From positions 10,816 to 74,815 of the forward strand of contig CAYZYX010000002.1 in the NCBI GenBank assembly GCA_964482715.1: a stretch of 64,000 bases of DNA, read 5' to 3'. This document shows positions 1-10,031 of this stretch, in pieces (the stretch's first letter is position 1; the number at the start of each line of letters is the position of its first letter). The notes under the pieces were generated by a model, which saw only the letters and a list, made by a program, of their open reading frames with translations, was not told the origin of the DNA and ran no database searches. A program made the position numbers and the translations under genes. The DNA comes from an uncultured Clostridia bacterium (GTDB taxonomy: Bacteria > Aerophobota > Aerophobia > Aerophobales > B3-G15).

Positions 1-383
1 TTTTTTGGTTGAATCCCGATAATAAAGATTTCACCTATCTGGTTTTTTTTAAAATACTCGAGAAGAAGTGAAAGAGAAAGAGTATGAGTGGAAAACCCTG
101 GCGGAGGATTAGCCTCCCTGAGTAGCTTTATCTCCCCAGGATTTCCACCAAAATCAACAGCATCTACAAGAAAAACTTTTGAGGGTTTTACTTTTACTAT
201 GGGCTCAAGATAATTTTCTGGAAGCTGTTCCCCATTAAAAAGATAGATACCTCTCTTCCGGTCAAATTTTTTCTTTTTGAGTTCCCTGATGAATCTGCAT
301 CCTACTCCATCATCTCCTCTTAGAGGATTACCAATCCCCAGAAAAACTATTTTTTCATTTTCTGATAGGAGGCTTTTTATCAT
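1..383 (-). CDS. hycI: [NiFe]-hydrogenase maturation endopeptidase (HycI/HyaD family), C-terminal part lost at the window edge
   Basis: Manual reverse-complement translation from the ATG at 383..381: MIKSLLSENEKIVFLGIGNPLRGDDGVGCRFIREL...GNPGEIKLLREANPPPGFSTH. This carries the GxGNxxxGDDGxG and S-T-H signatures of hydrogenase C-terminal processing proteases. It is not in the ORF track because it runs off the window. Confidence 0.7.
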   Translation of the reverse strand, partial: MIKSLLSENEKIVFLGIGNPLRGDDGVGCRFIRELKKKKFDRKRGIYLFNGEQLPENYLEPIVKVKPSKVFLVDAVDFGGNPGEIKLLREANPPPGFSTHTLSLSLLLEYFKKNQIGEIFIIGIQPK

Positions 384-428
384 TTGAAGAGAGGATTTAC
401 AGGTAAAATTGTTATAGATAGAAATGTA

Positions 429-1040
429 TTAACCCCATTCTTCCTTCAGAGTAAGCTGTTTTCTACATCGAGGACAGAGGATTCTCAAATTATCAGCTCT
501 TTCCAGAGGAAAAGTTTTATCCCTGGGTCTTTTTTCCCTGATAAGTTCCATCTGGGCAAGAGAGGAAATAAATAGATTGGGATTAGAAAACATGAAAGAC
601 CCTAATCTCTCTCTAACCCAGGCCAGGTGTTTACGTGTGGTAATTGGCTCACCGCAATATTCACAGAAGATAAGTTCATCTTCAATCTGGGTTTGAGCCT
701 GACTTCGGGAAAGAACAGCTAAATCGTATTTAGTGGTAAGTTTTATCCCCTTTTCTGTAAGACAATTTGCCTGACATTGACCGCAAAAGATACAGCGATC
801 ATAGTGCAATATTAACCTTCTTTTTCCACCAGGAGGAGGCTCTTCAATTTTTTCAATTGCCCCCGGGGGACAAACATTGGCACATGCTCCACAGACAACA
901 CACTCCTTTTCGTCAAATTCTGCCTTTCCCCTGTATGTCGGAGGAGCTGGCGAAGGAACTTTGGGAAATTTAGTTGTATAAGGCGGATTTATCAGTGAAG
1001 TTATTGCTTCTTTTAATTCTCTGAGCTTTGGATATTTCAT
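429..1040 (-). CDS. 2x[4Fe-4S] ferredoxin subunit of the membrane-bound hydrogenase (NuoI/HycF/MbhN-like) with an extra C-terminal Cys4 extension
   Basis: Two CxxCxxCxxxC(P) motifs (CVVCGACANVCP and CIFCGQCQANC), plus a C-terminal CEYCGEP...CPRC pair. It is the last gene of the hydrogenase/Mrp operon. Confidence 0.7.
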   Translation of the reverse strand: MKYPKLRELKEAITSLINPPYTTKFPKVPSPAPPTYRGKAEFDEKECVVCGACANVCPPGAIEKIEEPPPGGKRRLILHYDRCIFCGQCQANCLTEKGIKLTTKYDLAVLSRSQAQTQIEDELIFCEYCGEPITTRKHLAWVRERLGSFMFSNPNLFISSLAQMELIREKRPRDKTFPLERADNLRILCPRCRKQLTLKEEWG

Positions 1041-1051
1041 GGTATTTCTCC

Positions 1052-1426
1052 TTAAACCTTTCCCTTTTCCTCTTCATACCTATCTATCACACTTTTTTCC
1101 CAGAGTTTAATCCTGCTCTTGTGAGCGGCATGGGCAATCGCATGAGCAGCTGTGGGAGAACTGAGAATAATAAATAAGATTACCAGCAAACTCTTTACCA
1201 AAAATCCCGCAGCCAGGAAAGTTCCTAAAAGTATAAAGCAAGTTCCCAGAGTTACACATTTTGTAGCTGCCTGAAGTCTATTGTAGACATCAGGTAATCT
1301 CACAAGCCCGATACATCCCAGAAGATCAAATATAACCCCTATAAATATCAGCACCTTCCCGGCAATTACAACTGCTTCATTCATCGAATCTTTTTCCCTC
1401 CAGATATTTGGCAAGGGTAAGGGCAC
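1052..1426 (-). CDS. mrpG: Mrp/Mnh antiporter subunit G-like membrane protein
   Basis: 124 aa with 3 transmembrane helices and the RLPDVYNRLQAATK motif typical of MnhG/PhaG. Overlaps the upstream mrpF. Confidence 0.7.
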   Translation of the reverse strand: MPLPLPNIWREKDSMNEAVVIAGKVLIFIGVIFDLLGCIGLVRLPDVYNRLQAATKCVTLGTCFILLGTFLAAGFLVKSLLVILFIILSSPTAAHAIAHAAHKSRIKLWEKSVIDRYEEEKGKV

Positions 1427-1646
1427 CTAAGAACCCAAGAAGAGCCCAGGCTATTGCAATATCCATAAAATAAGTTCTCGGTGTATAAATGACAAAAAGG
1501 GCACAAAATCCTACTATCAGGATTCCCAGAATATCCACAGCTACAATTCTATCTGCCGCAGTTGGCCCTCTTAACACTCTATAAAGACATAAAAAACAAC
1601 TTGCGATTAAAGGTGCAGCAAATATGGCCGGAATTCCCAGGATCAT
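1377..1646 (-). CDS. mrpF: Mrp/Mnh antiporter subunit F-like membrane protein
   Basis: 89 aa, hydrophobic, with the RGPTAADRIVAVDILG motif characteristic of MrpF. Confidence 0.65.
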   Translation of the reverse strand: MILGIPAIFAAPLIASCFLCLYRVLRGPTAADRIVAVDILGILIVGFCALFVIYTPRTYFMDIAIAWALLGFLGALTLAKYLEGKRFDE

Positions 1647-2131
1647 CCAAAGACCTCCTTAAGAATGGGTTCAAATCTTCTTACAATTTTTTTAGTTGCC
1701 TCTTCCACATCTATTGCTTTAACATTTATCCAGTGCACGTACAGGTATCCATCGTCAGTAAGTTCCACTGTAAGAGTGCCAGGGGTAAGAGTAATGGAAT
1801 TGGCCAGAGCCACCCTGCCCGTAGGAGTGGACAGAGTAGTTTTTACCTTAACAATTCCTGGTTCTATAGGAAGTTTGGGATGAAGCACTCTATAGGCGAC
1901 ATCCAGATTTGCCAGAATACAATAATATAGAAACATGGGTATATAAAGGAGAAGATAAAGCACTCTCTTTATCTGGAAAAAATTCTCTGGATGCTGGACA
2001 AAAAGATCAGCAAACCAGAAAGCAATCCAGATTGAAAGCACAAGTCCTATCAAAACTGAAGGGAAGTATAAAGTCCAGGTTAAAATTAACCAGATGGCAA
2101 AACAAACGATAAAAAGGACAATTTTCTTCAT
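1643..2131 (-). CDS. mrpE: Mrp/Mnh antiporter subunit E-like protein
   Basis: 162 aa with N-terminal transmembrane helices followed by a soluble domain. Sits in the E position of an Mrp-like gene series. Confidence 0.55.
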   Translation of the reverse strand: MKKIVLFIVCFAIWLILTWTLYFPSVLIGLVLSIWIAFWFADLFVQHPENFFQIKRVLYLLLYIPMFLYYCILANLDVAYRVLHPKLPIEPGIVKVKTTLSTPTGRVALANSITLTPGTLTVELTDDGYLYVHWINVKAIDVEEATKKIVRRFEPILKEVFG

Positions 2132-2132
2132 T

Positions 2133-3614
2133 TTATCCTCCCAGAATCAAGGCACTGTATTTGGTCCCCTCTTGAAGAACAGTAACTGCAGGTTCAAAAA
2201 CAGCCTTCATGAGAGGATAAAAAAGAATTCCGGTTCCGATACAAATGATAGCCAATACAATCATGGATATGCACATGGGTGTTGGTACTTCTTTTATCTG
2301 CGCCCACTTTTCTTTAAGAGTGCCAAAAAAGGCATATCTTTGAACCCTGAGATAATAGGCAAGAGTTAAAACTGATACCAGAATAGTCAGCACAGTTAAA
2401 ACAAAGTGCCCGGCCTGAACCAATCCAATAATTATAAAAAGTTTACTCCAGAATCCATTAAAGGGAGGAATACCAGAGATAGACAGTGAGCCAATGGTGG
2501 ATGTGGTACCCGTAACGGGCATAACTTTACTCAGCCCCCCCATTTCCTTTAGTTTTCTTGTGCCTGTTGAGTATTCAACGGCTCCTGAGTTAAGAAATAA
2601 AAGTGCTTTAAAAGATGCATGGTTAAAAAGATGAAAAAGCGCCCCCAAAAGTCCCCAATAATTTCCACATCCCAGTCCAATCATTATGTATCCAATTTGA
2701 GAAATAGACGAGTAGGCAAGAAGCCTTTTAAAATCGGACTGACGAATAGCTAAAAGTCCGCCTCCAATCATGGAGATAACACCTAAAATCATTAAAGTCC
2801 AGGATAACTGAAGGGTCATTCCAAAGACATTAAAGAAAACACGAGTTATGGTATAAACGCCCAGGGCTTTAATCAAAACACCTGAAAGCATTGCTGAAAT
2901 AGGAGCCGGGGCGCTGGGATGTGCATCAGGTAGCCAGGCATGAAAAGGAATAATGGCCGCTTTAAGTCCAAACCCTGCCAGAAACAGGACAAGTGAAAAA
3001 GAGAGGAGTAAATTCTTTTTTCCCTGTATGATACTGCCAATATCAGCCATATTTAAGCTTCCCGTAAGTCCGTAGAGAAGTCCAACTGAGAAGAGAATGA
3101 GGATAGAAGCAACCGAGCCCATAACCATGTACTTGAAAGAGGCTTCCAGTTCTTCTGCTTCCACTCCAAAGGCAACCAAAGCATAAGAGGCAATAGAGGC
3201 AATCTCTAAAAATACGAATAGATTAAAAAAATCTCCAGTAAGAACTACACCATTCATACCGGCCAGCATCAACATGAAAAGGCTATAAAATCTGTGTTTG
3301 GCGGTAAATCTTTTCATGTAGCTTACCGAATACAGGGTGGCAAAGAAAGCTATGGTATTTACTACGATAAGCATTAAAATAGATAACCCATCAAGGACAA
3401 GATTTATTCCCTTTGGAGGTAACCACTTACCCATAATATAAACCAGAACCTGATTATCTTTAATCAAGGCCAGTAAAACAAGGGATAAAACTGTCAAACA
3501 GAATGTGGCTCCGTTAGCCACCAGGTCACAGGCAATCTCCTTTGCCTTACCCATTAAAGCAAGCACAAAAGCAACCCCCAAGGGAATGGCTATGAATAGA
3601 GGAATTATGTTCAT
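2133..3614 (-). CDS. mrpD: Antiporter-like subunit (MrpD/NuoN/HyfB family), proton/sodium-pumping membrane subunit
   Basis: 493 aa polytopic protein with FHAWLPDAHPSAPAPISAMLSG, the conserved complex-I antiporter motif. Confidence 0.8.
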   Translation of the reverse strand: MNIIPLFIAIPLGVAFVLALMGKAKEIACDLVANGATFCLTVLSLVLLALIKDNQVLVYIMGKWLPPKGINLVLDGLSILMLIVVNTIAFFATLYSVSYMKRFTAKHRFYSLFMLMLAGMNGVVLTGDFFNLFVFLEIASIASYALVAFGVEAEELEASFKYMVMGSVASILILFSVGLLYGLTGSLNMADIGSIIQGKKNLLLSFSLVLFLAGFGLKAAIIPFHAWLPDAHPSAPAPISAMLSGVLIKALGVYTITRVFFNVFGMTLQLSWTLMILGVISMIGGGLLAIRQSDFKRLLAYSSISQIGYIMIGLGCGNYWGLLGALFHLFNHASFKALLFLNSGAVEYSTGTRKLKEMGGLSKVMPVTGTTSTIGSLSISGIPPFNGFWSKLFIIIGLVQAGHFVLTVLTILVSVLTLAYYLRVQRYAFFGTLKEKWAQIKEVPTPMCISMIVLAIICIGTGILFYPLMKAVFEPAVTVLQEGTKYSALILGG

Positions 3615-3629
3615 CTTGTCCCCCTGTGA

Positions 3630-3965
3630 TTATCCCTTTAGTCTTCTTATTTCAGTAACATCAAAGGTATGGTACTTTTCATAGATTCGTATACACATGG
3701 CCACAATAAAAGCAAGTGTAGCAATGCTGATTACAATAGCTGTTAAAACCATAGCCTGGGGCAATGGATCAACAAAATTTGCCTTTCTGGCTCCTTCAAC
3801 CACTATAGGAGCAACCCCGGCTTTCCGGTACCCCAGAAGAACCAGGAAGAAGTTAACCGCATACTCCATAATAACGATACCCATTACTATTTTCAAGAGA
3901 TTTTTTTTGGTAATTACACAGTAAAGTCCGATTAGAAAAATAACAAAGGATAGGAAAAAGACCAT
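3630..3965 (-). CDS. mrpC: MrpC/NuoK-like small membrane subunit
   Basis: 111 aa with 3 transmembrane helices, placed between the MrpB-like and MrpD-like genes. Confidence 0.65.
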   Translation of the reverse strand: MVFFLSFVIFLIGLYCVITKKNLLKIVMGIVIMEYAVNFFLVLLGYRKAGVAPIVVEGARKANFVDPLPQAMVLTAIVISIATLAFIVAMCIRIYEKYHTFDVTEIRRLKG

Positions 3966-3967
3966 TT

Positions 3968-4432
3968 TTACCTTCCTCCTTTCCCTGTAGTGATTCTAAA
4001 CATAATAAGAGTCACAAATACTGCAAAGATTCCTCCGCTAACCTTCAGTCCTATGCCTATGTTAGCAAGAGGGATAAACCCTGCCGAAAGAATCCTCAAA
4101 GGTTCGCCCTTGGGGAGAAAATTAAAGAAAAACCATCCTCCCGCTGCTATTCCAATGAGAGCGAGGGAGAGAAAAATAAGAGCTCCAATACTTTCCAGAG
4201 TCGAAGCTGTGGAAAGTTTTAGCTTCTGAGAAGCCATTTCTCTACCGAAAGCCAGAATAAGAAGAATAAAAGCTGAAGCCACGATAACCCCACCTGGAAA
4301 TCCTCCTCCAGGAGTAAGATGCCCGTGCAAGACCATGTATATTCCAAATAAAACAATTGGGGGAGAAACAAACTTGGCTACAATTTTAACTATATTGGTC
4401 ATACCTTTTTCTTTTTGTTTTAAGGGACTCAT
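3968..4432 (-). CDS. mrpB: MrpB-like (MnhB domain) membrane subunit
   Basis: 154 aa, hydrophobic, glycine-rich, in the MrpB position. The boundary with the upstream gene is an ATGA overlap. Confidence 0.55.
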   Translation of the reverse strand: MSPLKQKEKGMTNIVKIVAKFVSPPIVLFGIYMVLHGHLTPGGGFPGGVIVASAFILLILAFGREMASQKLKLSTASTLESIGALIFLSLALIGIAAGGWFFFNFLPKGEPLRILSAGFIPLANIGIGLKVSGGIFAVFVTLIMFRITTGKGGR

Positions 4433-4953
4433 CTATGCTTCCTCCCGATTTCTCTCAGGACTACGATAGCTCCAAGAATAGAGGTAAAAAGAACTGTTGC
4501 CTCTCCTAAGGTGTCATAAGCCCTGAAATCAAGAAGAACAGAGGTCACCAGATTTGCTGACCCTGTTTGTTCCAGCCCTTTTTCAATATATTCTTTTGCA
4601 ACTTTCATTACCGGTGAACCAAACTCAGGGAGTAGACTTAAAGCTCTAAAAGCAAAAGCAGCAAAAACGACGATAAAAATAATCACCGAAACCAGTGCAA
4701 AAACCTCTCTTCTTCCTTTTATCTCAGAAAGGTCTTTTTCAATACCTGTGGCTCTAATTAGAATTACTAAAGCGATAACTTCCACCACAATCTGGGTAAT
4801 GGCGCAATCAGGAGCTTGAAGATAAAGAAATGCTACGCAGAGGGCAAGTCCCACAACAGCGAGAGATATAACTGCCGACAGGAGATATCTTGTTTGAACA
4901 GCTACTATGGAACCTACAATCATCAAAATTGCCAGAGCGTAAATTTCCCACAT
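4429..4953 (-). CDS. MnhB-domain membrane protein (MbhD/MbhE-like, MrpA C-terminal-domain-like)
   Basis: 174 aa polytopic protein directly downstream of the MrpA-like gene. Mbh complexes carry equivalent small subunits. Confidence 0.45.
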   Translation of the reverse strand: MWEIYALAILMIVGSIVAVQTRYLLSAVISLAVVGLALCVAFLYLQAPDCAITQIVVEVIALVILIRATGIEKDLSEIKGRREVFALVSVIIFIVVFAAFAFRALSLLPEFGSPVMKVAKEYIEKGLEQTGSANLVTSVLLDFRAYDTLGEATVLFTSILGAIVVLREIGRKHR

Positions 4954-4969
4954 TTTTTATCCTCCAGGT

Positions 4970-6892
4970 TTACACCAGAAAAACCAGAAGTAAGATAACA
5001 AGACCTAAAAGAGACCAGGCAAGATAGGTATGAAGAACACCACTGTGTGCAAGAGAAGCTCCTTTACCAGCAAGTAAGACCACCCAGGATAAACCTCTCC
5101 ACACATACTCCACTAATCTATCAAGACCCAGGAGAAAGTAAGCAACCCAACGAGCAAATTTAAGCACCCCTTGATAAATGTCAAGACTTCCTTTTTCAAT
5201 AGCTTGGTAAAAACCCCTTAAACCGTAAAAATTCTTAATCGTATCGTAAAAATCAGCTCCTGATACCTTCATCTCCAGAGTAAACTTTTCTCCACCTATG
5301 TAACTTTCTGATTCTCTTAAACGTTTAGTCCTTCCAGCAAGGTAGATTATTATCCCCACAATTATTCCGATAATTATAAGTAAAGTAGCAACTCCCGGCT
5401 GCCACCACCCTATCCAGGCCTGAGGAGAAGAAACTTCAGGCACAGCTGAAGCAATGAAAAGTTTTATAGGGAATTGGTAAGCAAAAATCCCAAAAGCCAC
5501 ACATAAACCTGCCAGGATTAGAACAGGAATAGTCATACCCATTCCAGGCTCTTTTATTTTCATTTCCAGTGATTTTTGCTGAACTTCTTCGCTTTCCACT
5601 CCAAGAAAAATTCCATGAATTAACTTCATAAAACTTGCCAAAGTTAAGGCAGACCCAAACATAGCCGCCACCAGCCATATAATCCAGCTTCCTCCACCGG
5701 TTATCTTTCCTACTTCCACAACACCCTGGTAAATCATCCATTTAGAGAAAAAGCCGTTAAAAGGTGGAACACCAGAAATTGAAAGGGAAGCTATCAAAAC
5801 TCCTATAAAGGTAAGAGGCATAAACTTTGCCAGTCCCCCTAACCGGTCAATATCAGTAGTTTTTAAGTTATGTTCCACAGATCCTCCTCCAAGGAACAGG
5901 CAGGATTTATATATGGCATTATTCACCATATGGAATATACCCCCAGCAATTCCTACAGGAATTGCTGTCCCTATTCCCAGGACCATATAACCAACCTGGG
6001 ATATTGCATGGTAGGAAAGTAGTTTTTTTAGATCATGCTGAACTAAAGCCATAAATACTGCTGCTACGATAGTAACAGAGCCAATAAACATAAGAAGGAG
6101 AGAAAGAGGACCATTTGGTATTAATTTAAAGAAATCAAGGCATATTCTGGCCAAAAGATAAATTCCTAATAATTTATCCAGCGAAGCCGGCAAGAAGGCC
6201 ATGATTGGGGTTGGAACCTTCTCAGCAGCATCGGGTATCCATCCATGAAACGGCATCGCTCCCGCTTTTGCAATGGCTCCCATCATAAGCAGGACAAAAG
6301 CTGCTACAGCCAGTCCTGAGTTTATGGGAAGAGGTTGAAATCCACTCATATTAAGCGTCCCACTTAATTTGTAAAGGAAGAAAATACCAAGAATCAACGC
6401 AAAATCAGCAGAGCCAATTATAAAGAGGCCCTTGGTAGCAACTTTTGATGAACCCAGAGACAACATGCAATACAGAAGGATACCCAGCATACCCCAGAAA
6501 AGCAAAAATATAAGGAAGTTCGCTGCCAGAACCGCCCCAATGGCACAGGATGTGGTTAAGAGAAGGTAAAAATAATACTCCCTGGTCCGTCTTAAGCTGG
6601 ACATAAATTTTACAGAGAAAAGAGAGATAAGTAAGGAAAAAAGAGAGATAAAGAGAAGGATAAAAGAGGAAAATCGGTAACTCTGGAGACTAAAGTTTAT
6701 TCCCGGAAAGCTCAGCCAGGAATGATTAAAAGAAAGTTCACCGCAGCCAAAGATGAGGATGGACAAGATAAGAACCACCAGGCTTACCCCTACACTGATG
6801 ACTTCTTTAATCCTTTTTGTCGGAATTAAAAGACAGATGATCCCACCTATTAAAGGCAGTATAATTGGATAGAGAATTAAAGAAGAATTCAT
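4970..6892 (-). CDS. mrpA: MrpA/NuoL-like antiporter subunit (long family member)
   Basis: 640 aa, more than 16 predicted transmembrane helices, with the motif FHGWIPDAAEKVPTPIMAFLPASLDK matching the NuoL/MrpA core. Confidence 0.8.
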   Translation of the reverse strand: MNSSLILYPIILPLIGGIICLLIPTKRIKEVISVGVSLVVLILSILIFGCGELSFNHSWLSFPGINFSLQSYRFSSFILLFISLFSLLISLFSVKFMSSLRRTREYYFYLLLTTSCAIGAVLAANFLIFLLFWGMLGILLYCMLSLGSSKVATKGLFIIGSADFALILGIFFLYKLSGTLNMSGFQPLPINSGLAVAAFVLLMMGAIAKAGAMPFHGWIPDAAEKVPTPIMAFLPASLDKLLGIYLLARICLDFFKLIPNGPLSLLLMFIGSVTIVAAVFMALVQHDLKKLLSYHAISQVGYMVLGIGTAIPVGIAGGIFHMVNNAIYKSCLFLGGGSVEHNLKTTDIDRLGGLAKFMPLTFIGVLIASLSISGVPPFNGFFSKWMIYQGVVEVGKITGGGSWIIWLVAAMFGSALTLASFMKLIHGIFLGVESEEVQQKSLEMKIKEPGMGMTIPVLILAGLCVAFGIFAYQFPIKLFIASAVPEVSSPQAWIGWWQPGVATLLIIIGIIVGIIIYLAGRTKRLRESESYIGGEKFTLEMKVSGADFYDTIKNFYGLRGFYQAIEKGSLDIYQGVLKFARWVAYFLLGLDRLVEYVWRGLSWVVLLAGKGASLAHSGVLHTYLAWSLLGLVILLLVFLV

Positions 6893-6904
6893 AGTTCCTC
6901 CTCT

Positions 6905-8320
6905 TTATTTAAACATTTGAGCTACAGCTTGTGCTGGAAGTCCTAAAACCTGGCCTATAAAAATACCAATAGCAAGAGATATTATTCCAAGGAAAACTAC
7001 ACACCCCACAAGCAGTCTCCCTGGCTTAGTCTGTGAAGTTTTTACTTCTTTCCCCATGAATATCCCATTGAAGAGACGAAAAAGATAAAGTAAGGTGAAA
7101 ACAGCTGCTACTATAGCTAAAGTGGCAACCCAGAAATGACCCTCTTGCACGGTTCCCATTACAACCATGAGTTTGGCATAAAAGCCGCCAAAAGGTGGAA
7201 GACCAGCTATGGAAAAAACAGAAAACAGAAAGCCAATACCAAAAACTGGCGATGTTTTCATCAAACCACCAAGCCTGGTTATATCTCTTGTTCCATATCT
7301 TCTTTCAACCACCCCAGCACCAAGGAAAAGTCCCGCCTTGGCAATGGCATGAACCATGAAATATAAAAGTCCAGCCAGTATTCCTATTTCCTTAAGTAAG
7401 GCAAATCCAAGTAAAATATATCCCACCTGGGAGACAGTAGAGTAAGCAATGATTTTCTTAATATCCTTTTCCAGAAGAGCGGCACCAGCTCCAATGAGAG
7501 AGGAAATAACAGCCAGAGAGAGAATCCAATTCCAGGAAATTCCACCCATCCAGGCAAATATTCTCAAAAACCCCAGAAGACCGACTTCAACCTCCACTCC
7601 CGATAAAATAGCACTCATAGGAGAAGGAGCTACTGGATGGGCATCAGAAAGCCATGTGTGTATAGGGAGAATTGCTGATTTGGCAATAATTCCCAGAAAA
7701 ATCAGGAAAAAGATCACATTTAGGTTATCAGTGGTAAAACCTCTAAGTTGCACAATATCAAGTGTCCCACTTTTTACATAGAGAAGAGTAAATCCCATGA
7801 GCATAAAAGATGAACCTAAAAAGGTCATCAGAAAGGTCTTATCAGCAATCCAGACAATTCTTTCTTCTCTATAAAATCCCACCAGTCTCCAGGTTGCAAG
7901 AGCAGCTATTTCCCAGAAGATATAAAAGAGGATAAGGTTCCTGGAAAAAGAAATTCCCAGAAGTGAGGCTATCATAAGGGAAGTCATAAAGTAATATTCT
8001 CTCTGATTTTCATAATCTTTCATATAAGAGAGAGAATAAACAAGAGCAACAAGTCCTATAAAGGAAAAAATCAAAGCAAATACAAGACTTATTCCATCGG
8101 CAAACAGAGAAAAAGCAAAGTAGTTACCCGGGGTAGAGAGAATATCTACTTGCAAAACTTTTCCATTAAGAATAGATCCGATTAAGAACAGAAGAAAAAG
8201 GAAAGAAGCAGCAATAATACCTACTGACCACCAATCACGAACTTTTTTAGGGAAAACAAGACAAAGAAAAGAACCTATAAGAGGCACGAATATAGCTGCC
8301 ATAAGGAAAAAAGTTAACAT
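6905..8320 (-). CDS. Antiporter-like subunit (MrpD/NuoM/HyfD/HyfF family)
   Basis: 471 aa with the IHTWLSDAHPVAPSPMSAILSG motif. This is the third antiporter-like subunit of the operon. Its boundary with the hydrogenase large subunit is an ATG/TGA overlap. Confidence 0.8.
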   Translation of the reverse strand: MLTFFLMAAIFVPLIGSFLCLVFPKKVRDWWSVGIIAASFLFLLFLIGSILNGKVLQVDILSTPGNYFAFSLFADGISLVFALIFSFIGLVALVYSLSYMKDYENQREYYFMTSLMIASLLGISFSRNLILFYIFWEIAALATWRLVGFYREERIVWIADKTFLMTFLGSSFMLMGFTLLYVKSGTLDIVQLRGFTTDNLNVIFFLIFLGIIAKSAILPIHTWLSDAHPVAPSPMSAILSGVEVEVGLLGFLRIFAWMGGISWNWILSLAVISSLIGAGAALLEKDIKKIIAYSTVSQVGYILLGFALLKEIGILAGLLYFMVHAIAKAGLFLGAGVVERRYGTRDITRLGGLMKTSPVFGIGFLFSVFSIAGLPPFGGFYAKLMVVMGTVQEGHFWVATLAIVAAVFTLLYLFRLFNGIFMGKEVKTSQTKPGRLLVGCVVFLGIISLAIGIFIGQVLGLPAQAVAQMFK

Positions 8321-9537
8321 TTGTATCTGTCCTCCCTTTCAAAATAAGAACCCAGAAGTTTTCTTGTTTTTTCCTGAGAAAGTCTTATAAGATCACTTCC
8401 ATCCATTAGGACTTTACCAGACTTTTTATCGACAACTCTCATCATCCTTTCAGTGCAACAGTAACAAGGATCAATAGAGGCTAAAATCAATGCAGCATCG
8501 GCAACACTTTCACCGGGCACCGTAGCTTTACAGGTTGGAAGATTCACGTAAGTTGGAGCTCTTACCTTAAGCCTTACTGGAGTGTTAGAGCCATCAGAAC
8601 GGACATAGTGGAAAGTTTCTCCTCGTGGAGCTTCATGGTGACCTTTTCCTTCTCCAGGTGGCATCTCCTTAATTTTAACCGCAATATCCCCCTTGACTTT
8701 CTTTAATTTTTCAAGACATTGTCTTATTATCTTCACTGATTCAAGACATTCAAGAAGTCTCACCACAGTTTTAGCAAAAACATCTCCCTCTTTCTGAGTA
8801 ATTACATTCCATTCTACGAGGTCATAGGCTGCGTAAGGATCGTCTTTCCTTACGTCAATGGCCACTCCTGAACCTCGAGCAGTAGGACCCACGGCACAGT
8901 ATTTTATGGCATCCTCTTTAGTAAGGATTCCCACACCTTTAAGACGTGCAGCAAGAACAGGGTCATCAAGGGCGGCTTTGGTGATCATATCTACTTTTCT
9001 CTCTACTTCATCCAGAACTTTTAAGAAGTAAGGTATGTCCTCTTCTTTTATGTCTCTTCTAACACCTCCTGGTTTTAACATGGCATAATGATTTCTATTC
9101 CCAGTAACAAGTTCAAAAAGTTCTAAAACTGGCTCTCGGTATTTCCAAATCCACATCCACAGAGTGTTATAACCAATAAAGTGTCCAGCAAGACCCGCCC
9201 ATAAAAGATGAGAATGAATCCTTTCAAGTTCTCCAACGATACTCCTTATGTATTTTGCTCGCTCAGGTATCTCCACTCCGGCAAGATCTTCCTGAGCGTT
9301 ACAGTTGGCAATTGGATGTGATGTAGAACATATTCCACAGATCCTCTCTACCAGGAAAATAACTTGGTCCCAGGTCATTCGTTCACCAATCTTTTCAATA
9401 GCCCGGTGGTTATATCCAATATGGATGTCAATATCTAAAACCTTTTCCCCTTCGACTTCAAGTTCAAAATACTCCGGTTCTTCCTGTAAAGGATGATAGG
9501 GACCTATTGGAATTATAGTCTTTCGATTTCGACTCAT
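8314..9537 (-). CDS. Group-4 (energy-converting) [NiFe]-hydrogenase large subunit (NuoD/HycE/EchE/MbhL-like)
   Basis: N-terminal Ni-binding motif RICGICSTSH (RxCGxCxxxH) and C-terminal DPCYCCTER (DPCxxCxxR, the HycE type). A roughly 40-aa tail follows that would be removed by a HycI-type protease. 407 aa. Confidence 0.9.
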   Translation of the reverse strand: MSRNRKTIIPIGPYHPLQEEPEYFELEVEGEKVLDIDIHIGYNHRAIEKIGERMTWDQVIFLVERICGICSTSHPIANCNAQEDLAGVEIPERAKYIRSIVGELERIHSHLLWAGLAGHFIGYNTLWMWIWKYREPVLELFELVTGNRNHYAMLKPGGVRRDIKEEDIPYFLKVLDEVERKVDMITKAALDDPVLAARLKGVGILTKEDAIKYCAVGPTARGSGVAIDVRKDDPYAAYDLVEWNVITQKEGDVFAKTVVRLLECLESVKIIRQCLEKLKKVKGDIAVKIKEMPPGEGKGHHEAPRGETFHYVRSDGSNTPVRLKVRAPTYVNLPTCKATVPGESVADAALILASIDPCYCCTERMMRVVDKKSGKVLMDGSDLIRLSQEKTRKLLGSYFEREDRYKC

Positions 9538-10020
9538 TTATTTCTCCTGCTTCGTATTATCGGTAAACTGGGTGTCTCTAAAGTCACATCTTAAAGGATA
9601 CCAATCTTTAGGCCAGCTCTCGGCAGCAAGAAGAGGTCTCGGATCAGGGTGATTTAGAAATCTAACTCCTAAGAGATCTTGAATTTCTCTTTCAATAAAA
9701 ACAGCTCCCGTGATATAAGGAGTAATAGATTCTATCTCACATTTATCCTTGGGGACAAGAGTCTTTACTGTGACTACTTTTCCTCCATGGTGGTCAAAGG
9801 AAAAGTGATAAAGAATCTCAATTCCCCGGGGAGTATCAATTCCGGAAGCGGTGATAAATCTTGCCTTGCCTTTTTCAAAAAGATACCTTGCTACCGCAAC
9901 AATATCACCTTTTTTTATTGTAAAATAATGTCTATTAGCAGTCCTTTCCTCCCAGGAGATTATCTTTTCTTTTAAAGATTCCTTTATCTGAATAATAATA
10001 TCTTTCTCCCTTTTAGTCAT
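9538..10020 (-). CDS. NuoC/HycE-N/MbhK-like hydrogenase subunit (30 kDa complex-I subunit family)
   Basis: 160 aa, positioned between the small and large subunits as in Ech/Mbh/Hyc operons. Confidence 0.75.
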   Translation of the reverse strand: MTKREKDIIIQIKESLKEKIISWEERTANRHYFTIKKGDIVAVARYLFEKGKARFITASGIDTPRGIEILYHFSFDHHGGKVVTVKTLVPKDKCEIESITPYITGAVFIEREIQDLLGVRFLNHPDPRPLLAAESWPKDWYPLRCDFRDTQFTDNTKQEK

Positions 10021-10031
10021 CTGTTTTTCCT

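Noticed and set aside
8314-9537. Possibility that the NuoD-like protein is a non-hydrogenase (Mbx/complex-I-like) subunit
   Set aside because: Both Ni-Fe ligating motifs (CGICSTSH and DPCYCCTER) are present. A HycI-type protease gene closes the operon. Mbx and NuoD proteins have lost these cysteines.
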